Source: the human T2T-CHM13v2.0 reference genome, Homo sapiens. Taken from it: DNA of 64,000 nt. The first letter of the stretch is position 1, and each line of letters opens with the position of its first letter. The notes below the pieces were generated by a model that saw nothing but the letters and a program-made list of their open reading frames with translations, was not told the origin of the DNA and did not search any database. The position numbers and the translations under genes are program-made. Positions 21,911 through 35,142 of the stretch are shown here, piece after piece. The stretch lies in the NCBI RefSeq assembly GCF_009914755.1, contig NC_060934.1. The stretch is one strand, 5' to 3'.

Positions 21911-22818
21911 CTTATAAGCAACCTCACCCGACTCAGTGTAGACATTACCTGCTTACCTCATGGCCGTGGCTTGGGGTGGAACCATCTGTCTTGCTCCATC
22001 CTCACCTCTGTCTCTCCCCCTTAATAGCTGTCCTTGCCATCAGCTGAGGCAGCACACAGGAGTGGTTTAGAGCTAGGCTTTGGAGCCACATACTCTTGGA
22101 TTTAACCCTGGCACCGTCACTTAGAATCTGTGTGCAATTGCTTAATCCCTGCAAAATCTCATCTTCCTCATGAGGTGGCAGCCACTGGCAGGACTAGAAA
22201 TTAGAGCTGTAAAATATGGGGCACCTAGTAGGTCCTCAAACTCCTTGGCTCAAGTGATCCTCCCACCTTGGCCTCCCAAAGTGCTGGCATGAGCCACCGC
22301 ACTCCGCCCACCTAATAGGTCCCCAACCAAGGACAGTGACTACTTTTGAGAGCCCCTCACCACAAGCATCTTCAGCCTGGCCCTGCCCTTCATTTTGAGC
22401 CCAACTTACAAGCATGTAGATTCAGCCTTTGTTCAGATACTATCTTCACTGGAAGGCATTCCTGTCTTTGGGGGCCAGGCTGTTGATGGTGGGGCGCTGG
22501 GGGTCTCAGGGTTGCAGCTGGAGATGGGTGATATTCATTCCTGCATAGCCTCCTGAACCGATCCAGTGCTTGGCTGGCTTGCACCTGCCTTAATGATCCA
22601 TGTCAGCCCCTAACATCCTCCTTGGTTTTGAGGTCCCCCTGGAGCCTCAAGCTCCGATGTGGGTGTGTGTGTTATTCATGTCCTAGCCTTCATAAGCCAT
22701 ACAGAGCAGTTGTGTTTGGATTCGCAGTTGGGCCTCCCTGCTGAAAACTGTGACAATGGGATTGACCGTGGGCCCACTTTCCTCCCAGCCATTCTCAACT
22801 GGCCACAGCTGCTTCTAA

Positions 22819-23178
<360 letters not shown>

Positions 23179-23925
23179 GAGTCCGGGATCCCCAGCCTAC
23201 TGCCTCTCCAGCACTTCTCTCTTCAAGCGGCGACCCCCTACCCTCCCAGCGAGTTGCGCTGGGAGACGCTGGCGCCAGGGCCTGCCGGCGCGGGGAGGAA
23301 AGCAAAATCCAACTAATGGTATATATTGTAGGGTACAGAATAGAGCGTGTGCTGTTGATAATATCTCTCACCCGGATCCCTCCTCACTTGCCCTGCCACT
23401 TTGCATGGTTTGATTTTGACCTGGTCCCCCACGTGTGAAGTGTAGTGGCATCCATTTCTAATGTATGCATTCATCCAACAGAGTTATTTATTGGCTGGAG
23501 ATGGAAAATCACACCACCTGACAGGCCTTCTGGGCCTCCAAAGCCCATCCTTGGGGTTCCCCCTCCCTGTGTGAAATGTATTATCACCAGCAGACACTGC
23601 CGGGCCTCCCTCCCGGGGGCACTGCCTGAAGGCGAGTGTGGGCATAGCATTAGCTGCTTCCTCCCCTCCTGGCACCCACTGTGGCCTGGCATCGCATCGT
23701 GGTGTGTCAATGCCACAAAATCGTGTGTCCGTGGAACCAGTCCTAGCCGCGTGTGACAGTCTTGCATTCTGTTTGTCTCGTGGGGGGAGGTGGACAGTCC
23801 TGCGGAAATGTGTCTTGTCTCCATTTGGATAAAAGGAACCAACCAACAAACAATGCCATCACTGGAATTTCCCACCGCTTTGTGAGCCGTGTCGTATGAC
23901 CTAGTAAACTTTGTACCAATTCAAA
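23179..23925 (+). other. HK1: HK1 3' UTR (end approximate)
   Basis: Non-repetitive, CpG-containing sequence after the stop codon, ending shortly after the AGTAAA hexamer. Confidence 0.8.
23903..23908 (+). terminator. HK1: HK1 variant poly(A) signal AGTAAA
   Basis: AGTAAA about 14 nt before a CA; no AATAAA seen in this UTR. Confidence 0.7.
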
Positions 23926-24044
23926 GACCCGAGTGATGCTTAATGGCTGGGGACGGGGGGACAGGCAGAGGGGGGTGCAGTTTCTTGGGATGTGGCAAAG
24001 ACCAAACACTGGGGAGTTTTGTGGCCTTCTGGGCGGAGGAGTTT

Positions 24045-24685
<641 letters not shown>

Positions 24686-25252
24686 ACCCCTTCTGGATCT
24701 TAGATTGACCTCATCCCTAGGAAATTAACCCTTGTCTGACCTTTTACTCTCCCTTCCCACCCCCACCTCAAGAGATTCCTGGTCTATCCCCAGGCTACCA
24801 TTTTGGATTCTCCCCCAGCCTTGGTGGGTTCCATGTCACTCTGCACCCAAGCACCTTGTGATGTCCCAAGCCACAGCTGCGGCTCTAAGTGGCTTCCTGC
24901 GAGACCGATTGCCAGACCACCTGGTTTGGTGAGATCAGAGTCCCTTTATTAGGGGCATGGTGCTGGTGTCTACGGAGCAGTGATTTTTTGGAGAACACAG
25001 ATAACATTACACCTTCCAGTGTGCATTGACAATGTTACATGGCTCTTCTGCAGGGGAACCAGGGCGTGGAGGCTGAGTTGGCAAGCAGGAGGTGTGCCCC
25101 TGGGATGGGCTGGGCCAGACCGGGAGCTTTCTGGGAGTTGGGACAGTTGCTGCTTTCTGCCCTCTAGCTTCTTGCTGCAGAAGTGGGAGTGGGAGCTGTG
25201 CTGCTGCTTTGTAGGTGGCTTTTGTGTGAAATAGTTAAAAGTCATGGCTAAC

Positions 25253-25565
<313 letters not shown>

Positions 25566-25849
25566 TCCTGGCTACCATGTATTGGGCACTTAATCTGGTC
25601 TGGCCTGCTAGTTTATAGGCATTACTCCCATTGTTCCTCACAGCATCCCTGTGAAGTAGTTTTGATACTGGGCAGAGGTCAAAGTGACTTGCCTGAGGAA
25701 ACACAGCTGATTTTTTTGGCTCTTAATCACCATCTACGTGGGCTGTATCTGACTTCTTAAATACTGAGACAGAGAAGCCCTCAGCTGACTCAGTCACTGG
25801 GCTTTGTGAAATAAGAAGTTTCCTCCTTTGTATCCACAGCCTGATGGCG

Positions 25850-26220
25850 AATCAGGGTCATGGTTGCATTGCCCACAGATACGTTTTGTTTAACTTATGC
25901 AAAGTTTATGAAAATTTGGGTCAAATTCAACAAATCTGGAAGACTCACATACAAATGTGGATTTATAGCTTCTCTTGAAAGATTTAGAAGATCTAGCAAC
26001 AGTGGGCTCCCATTATCATGTGGCAACGTTTGTCCAGAGCTGAGTAGTTCTTGTCCCCTTTGAATGCCTGTCCTCTCCAGGTTGCCATGGCCCCCACCAT
26101 TCCCTATTAGCTCAAACTGAGGGTGGAAGTCAGTTGCCTTTTATCATCACATTTGCAGTTTTTCTTTTATACATATTCTTGTATGCCCCAGGAAGGCATT
26201 TGAGCTTGCATCTCTTAAAT
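25850..26220. mobile_element. hAT-Charlie remnant (Charlie4-like) between HK1 and TACR2
   Basis: GCTTCTCTTGAAAGATTTAGAAGATCTAGCAACAGTGGGC motif. Confidence 0.5.
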
Positions 26221-26477
26221 TAGATAAATATCAGCTTACACTGTCTTTTCTGACCCTTACTGGATCCTCTGAAGTGCTCTCTGAGATGGGTGGCTGAGTC
26301 CTCTTAAAGTCAGCATCCTTTCTGGAGTTCTGGCCCCATGTTGTCTTTGTATTGGTATACTGAAGGATGGGGCATGAGCTGAACTTTCAGATGTGGTCTT
26401 CTCGATTGGCTACTTCTCAAAGGGTGCTACACCTCATTCTGCAGCCAGGCACAAGGCTTCAGGGTTCAATAGGCACC

Positions 26478-26924
26478 TATCTCAGTCCATTTGTGTTGCT
26501 TTCATGGAATACCTGAGACTAGGTAATTTATAAAGAAAAGAGGTTTATTTGGCTCATGATTCTGGTGGCTGGAATATCCAAGATTGGGCAGCTGCATCTG
26601 GTGAAGGCCTCAGGCTGCTTCTTGTCATGGTGGAAAGTGGAAGGGAAGTGTTGTGTGCAAAGAGATCACATGGTGAGAGAGGAAGCAAGACAGGGAAACT
26701 GAGGACACCACACTCTTTCTAACAACTTGTTATTTTGGGAACTAGTCCATTCCCACAAGAGTGATGATTCACTTCAACTGGAAGGCATTAATCTATTCAT
26801 AAGGGATCCATCCCCAATACCCAAACACCTCCCACTAACCCCTACCTCCCAACACTGCCACATTGGGATCAAATTTCAACATGAGTTTTGGTGGGGGCAA
26901 GCAAACCATACCCAAACCATAGCC
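26478..26924 (-). mobile_element. MaLR solo LTR (MST type), overlapping the TACR2 C-terminus and 3' UTR
   Basis: Co-linear with the MST LTR at 56490-56873 (TAATTTATAAAGAAAAG near one end; CATGAG...CCAAACCATA at the other). Confidence 0.88.
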
Positions 26925-27127
26925 CTGATCCATCCTGGGGACGCCCCGCCTCCCCACTGGTAGCCTCGGAGGGGGCTGTGTCCCCAGCCATGAACAAAGT
27001 CTCCTTAGTGTGACACCTGTTGACTCTCGTGGAGAGGGAGGTCGTGGGAGTCAGCTCGAGCTTATCTTCCTTGGTGGGTGTGACCCATGGGCAGCAGCGG
27101 AAGGCAAGCCGGAATCCAGAGCGAAAC
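26869..27127 (-). CDS. TACR2: TACR2 exon 5 coding part (259 nt to TGA; C-terminal tail)
   Basis: ccccag|G TTT CGC; [14 protein letters not shown]...[24 protein letters not shown]. The five exons total 1197 nt = 398 aa + stop. Confidence 0.97.
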
Positions 27128-29126
27128 CTGGGGGAGCGAGGGGCACCTTGAGCCAGGGAGTTAGGGGCTCAGGAGCTGTGATGTGACTGCCCCCACCCCC
27201 AGGAAACTGACTCCCTTCCAGAGGAAAGTCACTGTCTCTCTCCAAGAGCCTCCCATGGCTCAGGGGCTCTTGAGAGATGCCTTCGTGGGTGAGTTTGATT
27301 TTTGGAAACTGCCAGAGTGTTCTGGAGCTGGGTCTAGTGAATGAAGTGGGTGACTAAGCTGATTTAGGTCATCTGTTATTACGAACAAAAAATGACCCCA
27401 GCATAATTACTAAAAAAACCAACCAACCAACAAACAAACAAAAAAACCAGCAGATGTTCTTGTCTGACTTGTTAACTGGCTTCTAAGGGATGAGTCAAAG
27501 AAGAACCTGCTAAAACACAATGGAGGCTTTGGCAACTTGGGAGAACAAGGATGCTTTTCCCAAGGGGACTACATTGAAAAACCCACACTCGGAGCCACCA
27601 AGTTCTGATGCATTTGCTTGAAAACAAACAGCTCTCCCCATGGCAGCACTGAACGGGAGTTCAGAGGAAGCACACACGGTGAGTGGAAGAAATCAGACGG
27701 CAGAAAGGGAACGCTGGCTGCTCAGAGAAGGGAATGATCCAGAAGTGATGTCAGGATCTTGTAGAGCCTGGGGTGTTGTTTAGACTCCCAGGGACTGTAT
27801 CTCCCTTGGGTAGCAGGAGAGTGATCAACCCACAGACACAGTGGGCTGGTGGCCCCTCCCAGATGTCAGAGTCCCTGTCTCCAGGTTTTCAATCCCACAA
27901 GTCTTTAAAAGAGAAATGCGTGGTGTGGGGATAAGATGACAGGCCTTGGAGACCCATGGAGTCCTGGCTTTACTGTTTGTTGTATGAATTTGGGAGCATC
28001 TTACTTTCTGAAGCTCAGTTTCCCCATCTGTAGAGTGGGGGTGACACCTGCTTCTCTCCTATTATCTACTTCCCTCTCAGGAGATAGAGAGTTCTGGCCT
28101 CCTGCAAAAAATCATAGCTCCTTATTTCCTTTTGGCCTGCCCCAGGCGGGTGAAATGTCTGAGCCACAAAGATCCCAATGGCATTATGAGTAGCCTGGCT
28201 ACCTGGCCAGGGAGGTGACAAAAAACATGAACAAAGAGGTCCAAGGCCAACTTCGCCCACATCATTGTCTCACTGAGGTGAGACTGTGTCCACCTCTTGC
28301 CGCCCCTTATTTGCCCCACCTTCAGGGTTTCCTGCCACTGAAAGGCCTGCTCTGCAGAACTCCTGGGGCTGGGTTCCTCCCTGACTCACCACCCCCCACC
28401 TCTCCAGGTGCCCCAGAGCAAGTGCAGGCCCCTCTCTGGGACTCATTTCCTCAGAATCACGAGGCGTAGGGAAACTGGATGATGCCAGGAGAGTGAGATT
28501 CTGGCCCCCTCCTTCCTGGCTGTCTCTGACAGGGTCACTTCCCAGCTGCCCTGAAAGTCCCTGGAGGACAGGGCATGCACTGTGAGCTTTCCAGGGAGCA
28601 GCCTGCCCCACCCCTGTGCTGGCCCCAGCCCCCATCCACTGCTTCCACTGCCGGATGGGTGCCATTCACTTGGCTCCAGGAAAGCCCTCAGTAGGAAGCT
28701 TGTGAAAATACTAAAACAGAAGTCAGTCCCTCCCTCCCGCTACTTAGCTTTTCTTTCCTTCGTCTGTCTGTCCCACCCCCTCTCTGTGACTCTCCCCTCC
28801 CCTTCATCTCTCTGGCCCTCCCTTCTCTCTTCTCTTGCCCCAGACACAGAACCCAGAAGAGCCAGCAGGAACAGACAGACAGTGAGAGCTACAGCCTGGG
28901 AGACGGTGAGGATTTGGGGAGGAAGGGGGCTCAAGCTAGGCCCAGGCCAGAGGGATTATTGTGCTGGGGGCTGAGTGTGAGGACGGCTTTCTCATGTAGG
29001 CTGGGGGCACAGGGCCACAGGTTCCGGCAGGAATGAGGATGGATGCTTGAGCTGTGCAGGGGAGCCCACCTGGGGCTGGGCAGTGGGGCCCTGAGGGCAG
29101 AGGGTGGGGCTGGAGTGGGGGCTCAC

Positions 29127-29323
29127 CTGTGGTTGAGACAGCAGTAGATGATGGGATTGTACATGGTAGAGCTCATGGCCAACCAGAAGAGTGCCAGGTA
29201 GACTTGCTGGATGAACTTGTGGCAGTAGATGTCCTCCTGGAAGCTGCCCAGGATGAAGTAGAGGTGGTAGGGCAGCCAGCAGATGGCAAACGTCAGCACC
29301 ACCAGCACCATGGTCTTCACAAA
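29127..29323 (-). CDS. TACR2: TACR2 exon 4 (197 nt; TM6-7)
   Basis: accag|TTT GTG AAG; CWLP and NPIIY motifs; donor AG|gtgagc. Confidence 0.97.
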
Positions 29324-30497
29324 CTGGTCCAGGAGAGGCTCAAGTTACTTCTTAGTGCCCAAGCCCCAGCCCCAGCCCTCCGAGGGCAGACACAGAGGAC
29401 CCCTTGCACCCACCTGGGAACTGCTCCACACACAGACCCCGTTAGCTCTATTACTCAGGCCTCTGAGCATGTTTTGCCCAGACCTTCCTGAGCCCCCAAC
29501 CTCAGAGGCCTGTGCTCAGGCAGGTCCCTCTGCCCATACTGCCATCCTTCCTTTGAAGTCCTCACTCCTTGAAGCCCAGCTCAATGGCCACTTCCTACAA
29601 AAGGTGTCTGGGACCCCTTCATTCACTGCAGCTCCCCCTCCCTGGAGAGTGGCTGAGCTCTCTCTCCTAACCCCATCCCTGGGGGAGCCCCTGTGTCAGC
29701 TATGCGTTCCCAGGACGCCCCCTCTCTGGGATCCGTATCGGCACAGCCCTTCTCTCTGTGGGCTGTAAGGTTCCAACCAGGGACCCCTGCCTCTGCCCAC
29801 GGGTCAGCTCCTGGACCTCCCCCTCCTCAGAGCCTGGCCCCTGCAGGCACACTCCTGCTCCGTTTGGCAGCCCAGCATGCCAATTACAAAAGGTCTGGGG
29901 GCTCCTGGGCACCCTGATCCTCACGTAGGATCTGGGTTGAGACCCCTAGTGTGGAGCAGATGGAGGCCAGTGCTCCATGAGGGGCACCAGATGGCGCCCA
30001 TGTGCAGCTATCTCCCCGAACCACCCTGTGAAAGATGCCTACTTTTGGGTGAGAAGCATGGCTTTGACCTGGCTACATGATGTGGTTAACCCATTACCTC
30101 CCCTGTTGCCTGGTAGGAAGGGGGCAAGGACAAGCTTGGACTGAAGGAGGGTGAAGGGGGTCTTGGGCACAGAGGGCTACATCAGGACCTTCGGGGGACC
30201 CTGGATGGCAGGGAGTAGGGGGACACTGCCACTTCCGGAAGAAACTGGAGACAGATTTGATGAAGCTGGACAACTATCTGGTCTCCACGACCTCCGGGGT
30301 CCGCAGTTCCAGCCTTTGAGGGCTCTCCTGTGACTGTCAGGCACCTTCTATAGTTCTGTGGGGCTTCTCAATTTCAACATTCTGATTATTCAAAAAGTCT
30401 AAGATTTTAATATTTTATCATTCTAAGATTCTTGGGGGTATCTGAATTCTACGGGGCTTTAGGAGTCCCTGACTCCCCTAACATTCTGGGAAGTTAA

Positions 30498-30650
30498 TTT
30501 TTTTTTGTCTTTTTTTTTTCTTCCTTTTTGTGGAGAACGGGGTCTCGCTATGTTGCCCAGGCAGGTCTCGAACTCCTGGGCTCAAGCTATCCTCCCGCCT
30601 CTGCCTCCCTGAGAGCTGGGATTACAGGCGTGAGCCGCCGCGCCCGGCAA
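30498..30650 (-). mobile_element. Alu monomer (FLAM), CpG-retaining, at the CpG island edge
   Basis: Antisense Alu left-arm consensus. Confidence 0.8.
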
Positions 30651-31250
30651 GTTTCTTTAATTTTGTATTTGGCCAAAGACCAAAGGCAAATCCGCCCGGC
30701 TGGGAGGAACGCGGTCAGGCTCTGGCCCCAGACTTCGCGCGAAGGCAGCTTCCGCAAGCTTCTCCCGGGCGCCCTCTTGCGGACCGGCCTTGAGACCGTA
30801 AGGGCGGCTCCCCAGGGCGGGGTCAGGCCCCGTCCCGCCCCCGTCCCACCCCCGTCCCACCCCCGTCCCACCCCGTCCGGCCCCGCCCCCATGAGGCCTC
30901 GCCCCCGCCAGCCCCCCGCCCCCTCCAGGCCCCGCCCCCTCCAGGCCCCCGCCCCCGCGCCCACCTTCTTCTTGGCCTGCAGGTGGCGCAGGTTGGCACC
31001 GTGCGCCTGATGTCCGGGCACTGCGCGCCTCCAGAGCGTGAGGCCGATGACGCTGTAGGCTACAAACATCACCGCGAGCGGCAGGAAGTAGATGAGGGCG
31101 ATCACCACGAGGTGGTACCTGCAGGGAGAGCCGAGGCCTGGGCAGCGGAGGGCCCGGGGGCGACTCCGAAGTCTGCCAGCGCCTGGTCCTGGGACCCCGC
31201 GGGCACTGTGGAGCCGCCCCTGCGGGCCCACCCTGGGCGCCTCCCAGGGA
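30620..31250. promoter_or_regulatory. Intragenic CpG island over TACR2 exon 3 / intron 3
   Basis: Very GC-rich with dense CpGs and many GGGCGG boxes, against CpG-depleted flanks. Confidence 0.8.
30965..31118 (-). CDS. TACR2: TACR2 exon 3 (154 nt; TM5, ICL3)
   Basis: ctgcag|G TAC CAC; [22 protein letters not shown]...LQAKKK|gtgggc. Confidence 0.97.
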
Positions 31251-31544
31251 CTTGGTTTGATTTAAACAAAAATAAAGGTGGCATTGGGTAGCCTGTGTGC
31301 CAGGAGACGGCTTCCCTGCAAAAGGGACGCCAGCAGTAGCCCTGCGTCCTTCCATATCACATCCTTCCACGTGATAGACACGTGTCAAAAAAAGGAAAAG
31401 TGAATGAAACAAATTAAGAAATAATTTGTTTGCAATTTAAAATGCCATTAAGCACAAAGGAGGCAGTAAAATTATCCCACTCCCACCACTATTAACATTA
31501 ACTATTAATATCTGGCATATTTTTTCCAGAATCATATGTATGAA

Positions 31545-31865
31545 TAGTAGTCACCCCTGATGGGAGTTTCACTTTCCCGGGTTTCAGTAACCCCTCCCAA
31601 CTGCGGATCCAAAATAGGGGAGGAGAGTACAACAAGATATTTTGAGAGGGAGAGACCTCATTCACAGAAGTTTAATTACAGTATATTGTTATACTTGTTC
31701 TGTTTTATTACTAGTTACTGTTAATCTCTTACTGTGCCTAATTTATAAATTAAACTTTATCATAGGTATGTTGAGGAAAAAAACAGTATATATCTATATA
31801 GAGAGAATTCAGTGCTATCTGAAGTTTCAAGCATCCACCGGGTGTCTTGGAGTGTATCCTACAGT
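31545..31865 (+). mobile_element. MER44A (Tigger7) DNA transposon remnant
   Basis: TTAATCTCTTACTGTGCCTAATTTATAAATTAAACTTTATCATAGGTATG core. Confidence 0.8.
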
Positions 31866-31871
31866 ATAGCC

Positions 31872-31933
31872 ATATATGTATACGTATACGTATATGTATA
31901 TGTATATGTATATATATATATATACATATATAC

Positions 31934-31990
<57 letters not shown>
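31872..31990. repeat. (TA)n / (TATG)n microsatellite, ~120 bp
   Basis: Read directly from sequence. Confidence 0.95.
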
Positions 31991-31992
<2 letters not shown>

Positions 31993-32281
31993 CTGTATCT
32001 GTCTGGATGGATAGAATGACTGGTGTTAATAAGGCTCCATCTGCACCAACATCGCTATGGAGGCATGGGACAGTGGAAAAGCGCCATATATCACATGCTG
32101 CTGTGTCATCTGCTTATGGTTTATCAGCATTTGGCTGGGAACCTCGTTTGTGTCAGCAAATGCTCTTTCATACCACCTTTGAGGAAGTGATGCAGAGTAC
32201 CATTGCGTGGCTTCCTACCCCGTCCCCAGGGAGGACACTGGGTTGTGTTGAGGCTTTTCATTTCCTTTTGGAAACAGTGTA

Positions 32282-32585
32282 GGCCAGGCGTGGTGGCTCA
32301 TGCCTGTAATCCCTAAACTTTGGGAGACCAGGATGGGAGGACTGCTTGAGCCCAGGAATTTGAGACCAACCTGGGCAAGATAGTGAGACCCTATCTCTAT
32401 TAAAAAAAATTAAAAAAATTAGCCAGGCGTAATGGGGCACACCTGTAATTCCAGCTACTCAGGAGGCTGAGGCAAGAGGTTCACTTGAGCCCAGGAGATC
32501 GAGGCTGTAATGAGCTATGATTGGGCCACTGCACCCTAGCCTGGGCGATAGAGTGAGACCCTGTCAAAAAAAAAAAACAAAAAAA
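32282..32585 (+). mobile_element. Alu (AluJ-like)
   Basis: Alu consensus. Confidence 0.9.
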
Positions 32586-32694
32586 CGACAGTGTCCCCAG
32601 TTCTCAGATCTCTGGTTTATGAGTGACGCTGCAGCCTCTCTCTGATGAGCTGCAGGCTGGGGACTGACTCCTCGGCAGGTCTGCAGTGGGAACC

Positions 32695-33111
32695 TGTGGA
32701 GACAAAAGTGACTCCATCTTGGATGCCACTCCCCTGTGTTGACTTCCGATTCGCCCCAGTCTTGTGAATGCCTTCTGATTTCTACTTTATTTACTGCCCC
32801 TAGTGTAAGAACATGTCAACCTTGATGTTACTCCACAAATCGTAGGCTGTGACTCACGTAGCGTTCTTGCCTGTTCTGGAGGGCTGCCTTTGGTTGTCTT
32901 GCTGGAGCACGAATACCCTTTCCCTATGGTATCTAAGCCTTGCATCTGGGGTGTGAGAATGCAGAGCTCCACCTGTCTTGTGGCCACCCAAGATCCCACT
33001 TCGGTCTGTAAATTCCCTCAATAAATCACCCAATATTGACAAACTGGATTTGTTCTGCCTCCTTCTTTGGGTCTGGGCTCCTTTGGCATTTGGGGGTCCC
33101 TTTCATGGAAC
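32695..33111 (+). mobile_element. Solo LTR, LTR47A-like
   Basis: TGTGGAGACAAAAGTGACTCCATCTTGGATGC start; internal AATAAA near 33020. Confidence 0.7.
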
Positions 33112-33288
33112 AGAGTCCTTAGAGCATTCCACCAATGGGCCTGAGACCCCTGGTCCCGTCATTTGACTTTTTCTTTCTTACTGGGAGGACTGAGGTGTTC
33201 CCAAACCTCCTGCTTCTACCTGCCACATGCTAGGCTTGCTGCGCCCCTTTCTAGAGGTGCTGCTACCCCAAGGGAAGGGGACCCATGG

Positions 33289-34305
<1,017 letters not shown>

Positions 34306-34800
34306 ATGGCTCCAGTAAATCTCTCTCCTAAAGTCTTGTGTTTAGAATTCTGCTTGGGTTCTTTTGGCAAGCATGCCAATTACAAGAGGTTCAGGCGCTC
34401 CTAGACTCCCTGATCCTCAAGTAGGCTTTGGGTTGAGAACCCCAGTGTGGAGCAGATAAGAGGGGAGGAGGGGCAACGAGGGCCAGGGCCCATCACCTTA
34501 CAGAGTGAGGATCTACAGGGCCACCTATCTCAGTGTCCAGATAGGAAACTGAGGCCCAGAGAGGCACAGGAAGTCTGTGTCATACCCGTCTACAGATTTA
34601 ATCATGACCAAATTTCCCCTTTTCTGAGGGTCAGCACTGTGGGAGTCAGTACAGGGCTCTTGTCCAGCCTCTTGTTTAAAGCATGATCTTAGGCAAGTCA
34701 GGGCTTTCCCTCAGCCTCAGTTTCCCCATCTGTAAAAGGAGGAGGCCATCTCTAAGTCCTTCCTTAGCAGGAGCCACACTCCTCTGTTGCTTGCTCCTAG

Positions 34801-35142
<342 letters not shown>

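Noticed and set aside
30587-31412. Long ORFs of 251, 214 and 160 aa around TACR2 exon 3
   Set aside because: Stop-poor GC-rich CpG island; only 30965-31118 is supported by splice sites and GPCR homology
32807-32830. p53 response element in the LTR47-like element
   Set aside because: Only one near-consensus half-site (GAACATGTCA); the second half-site does not fit
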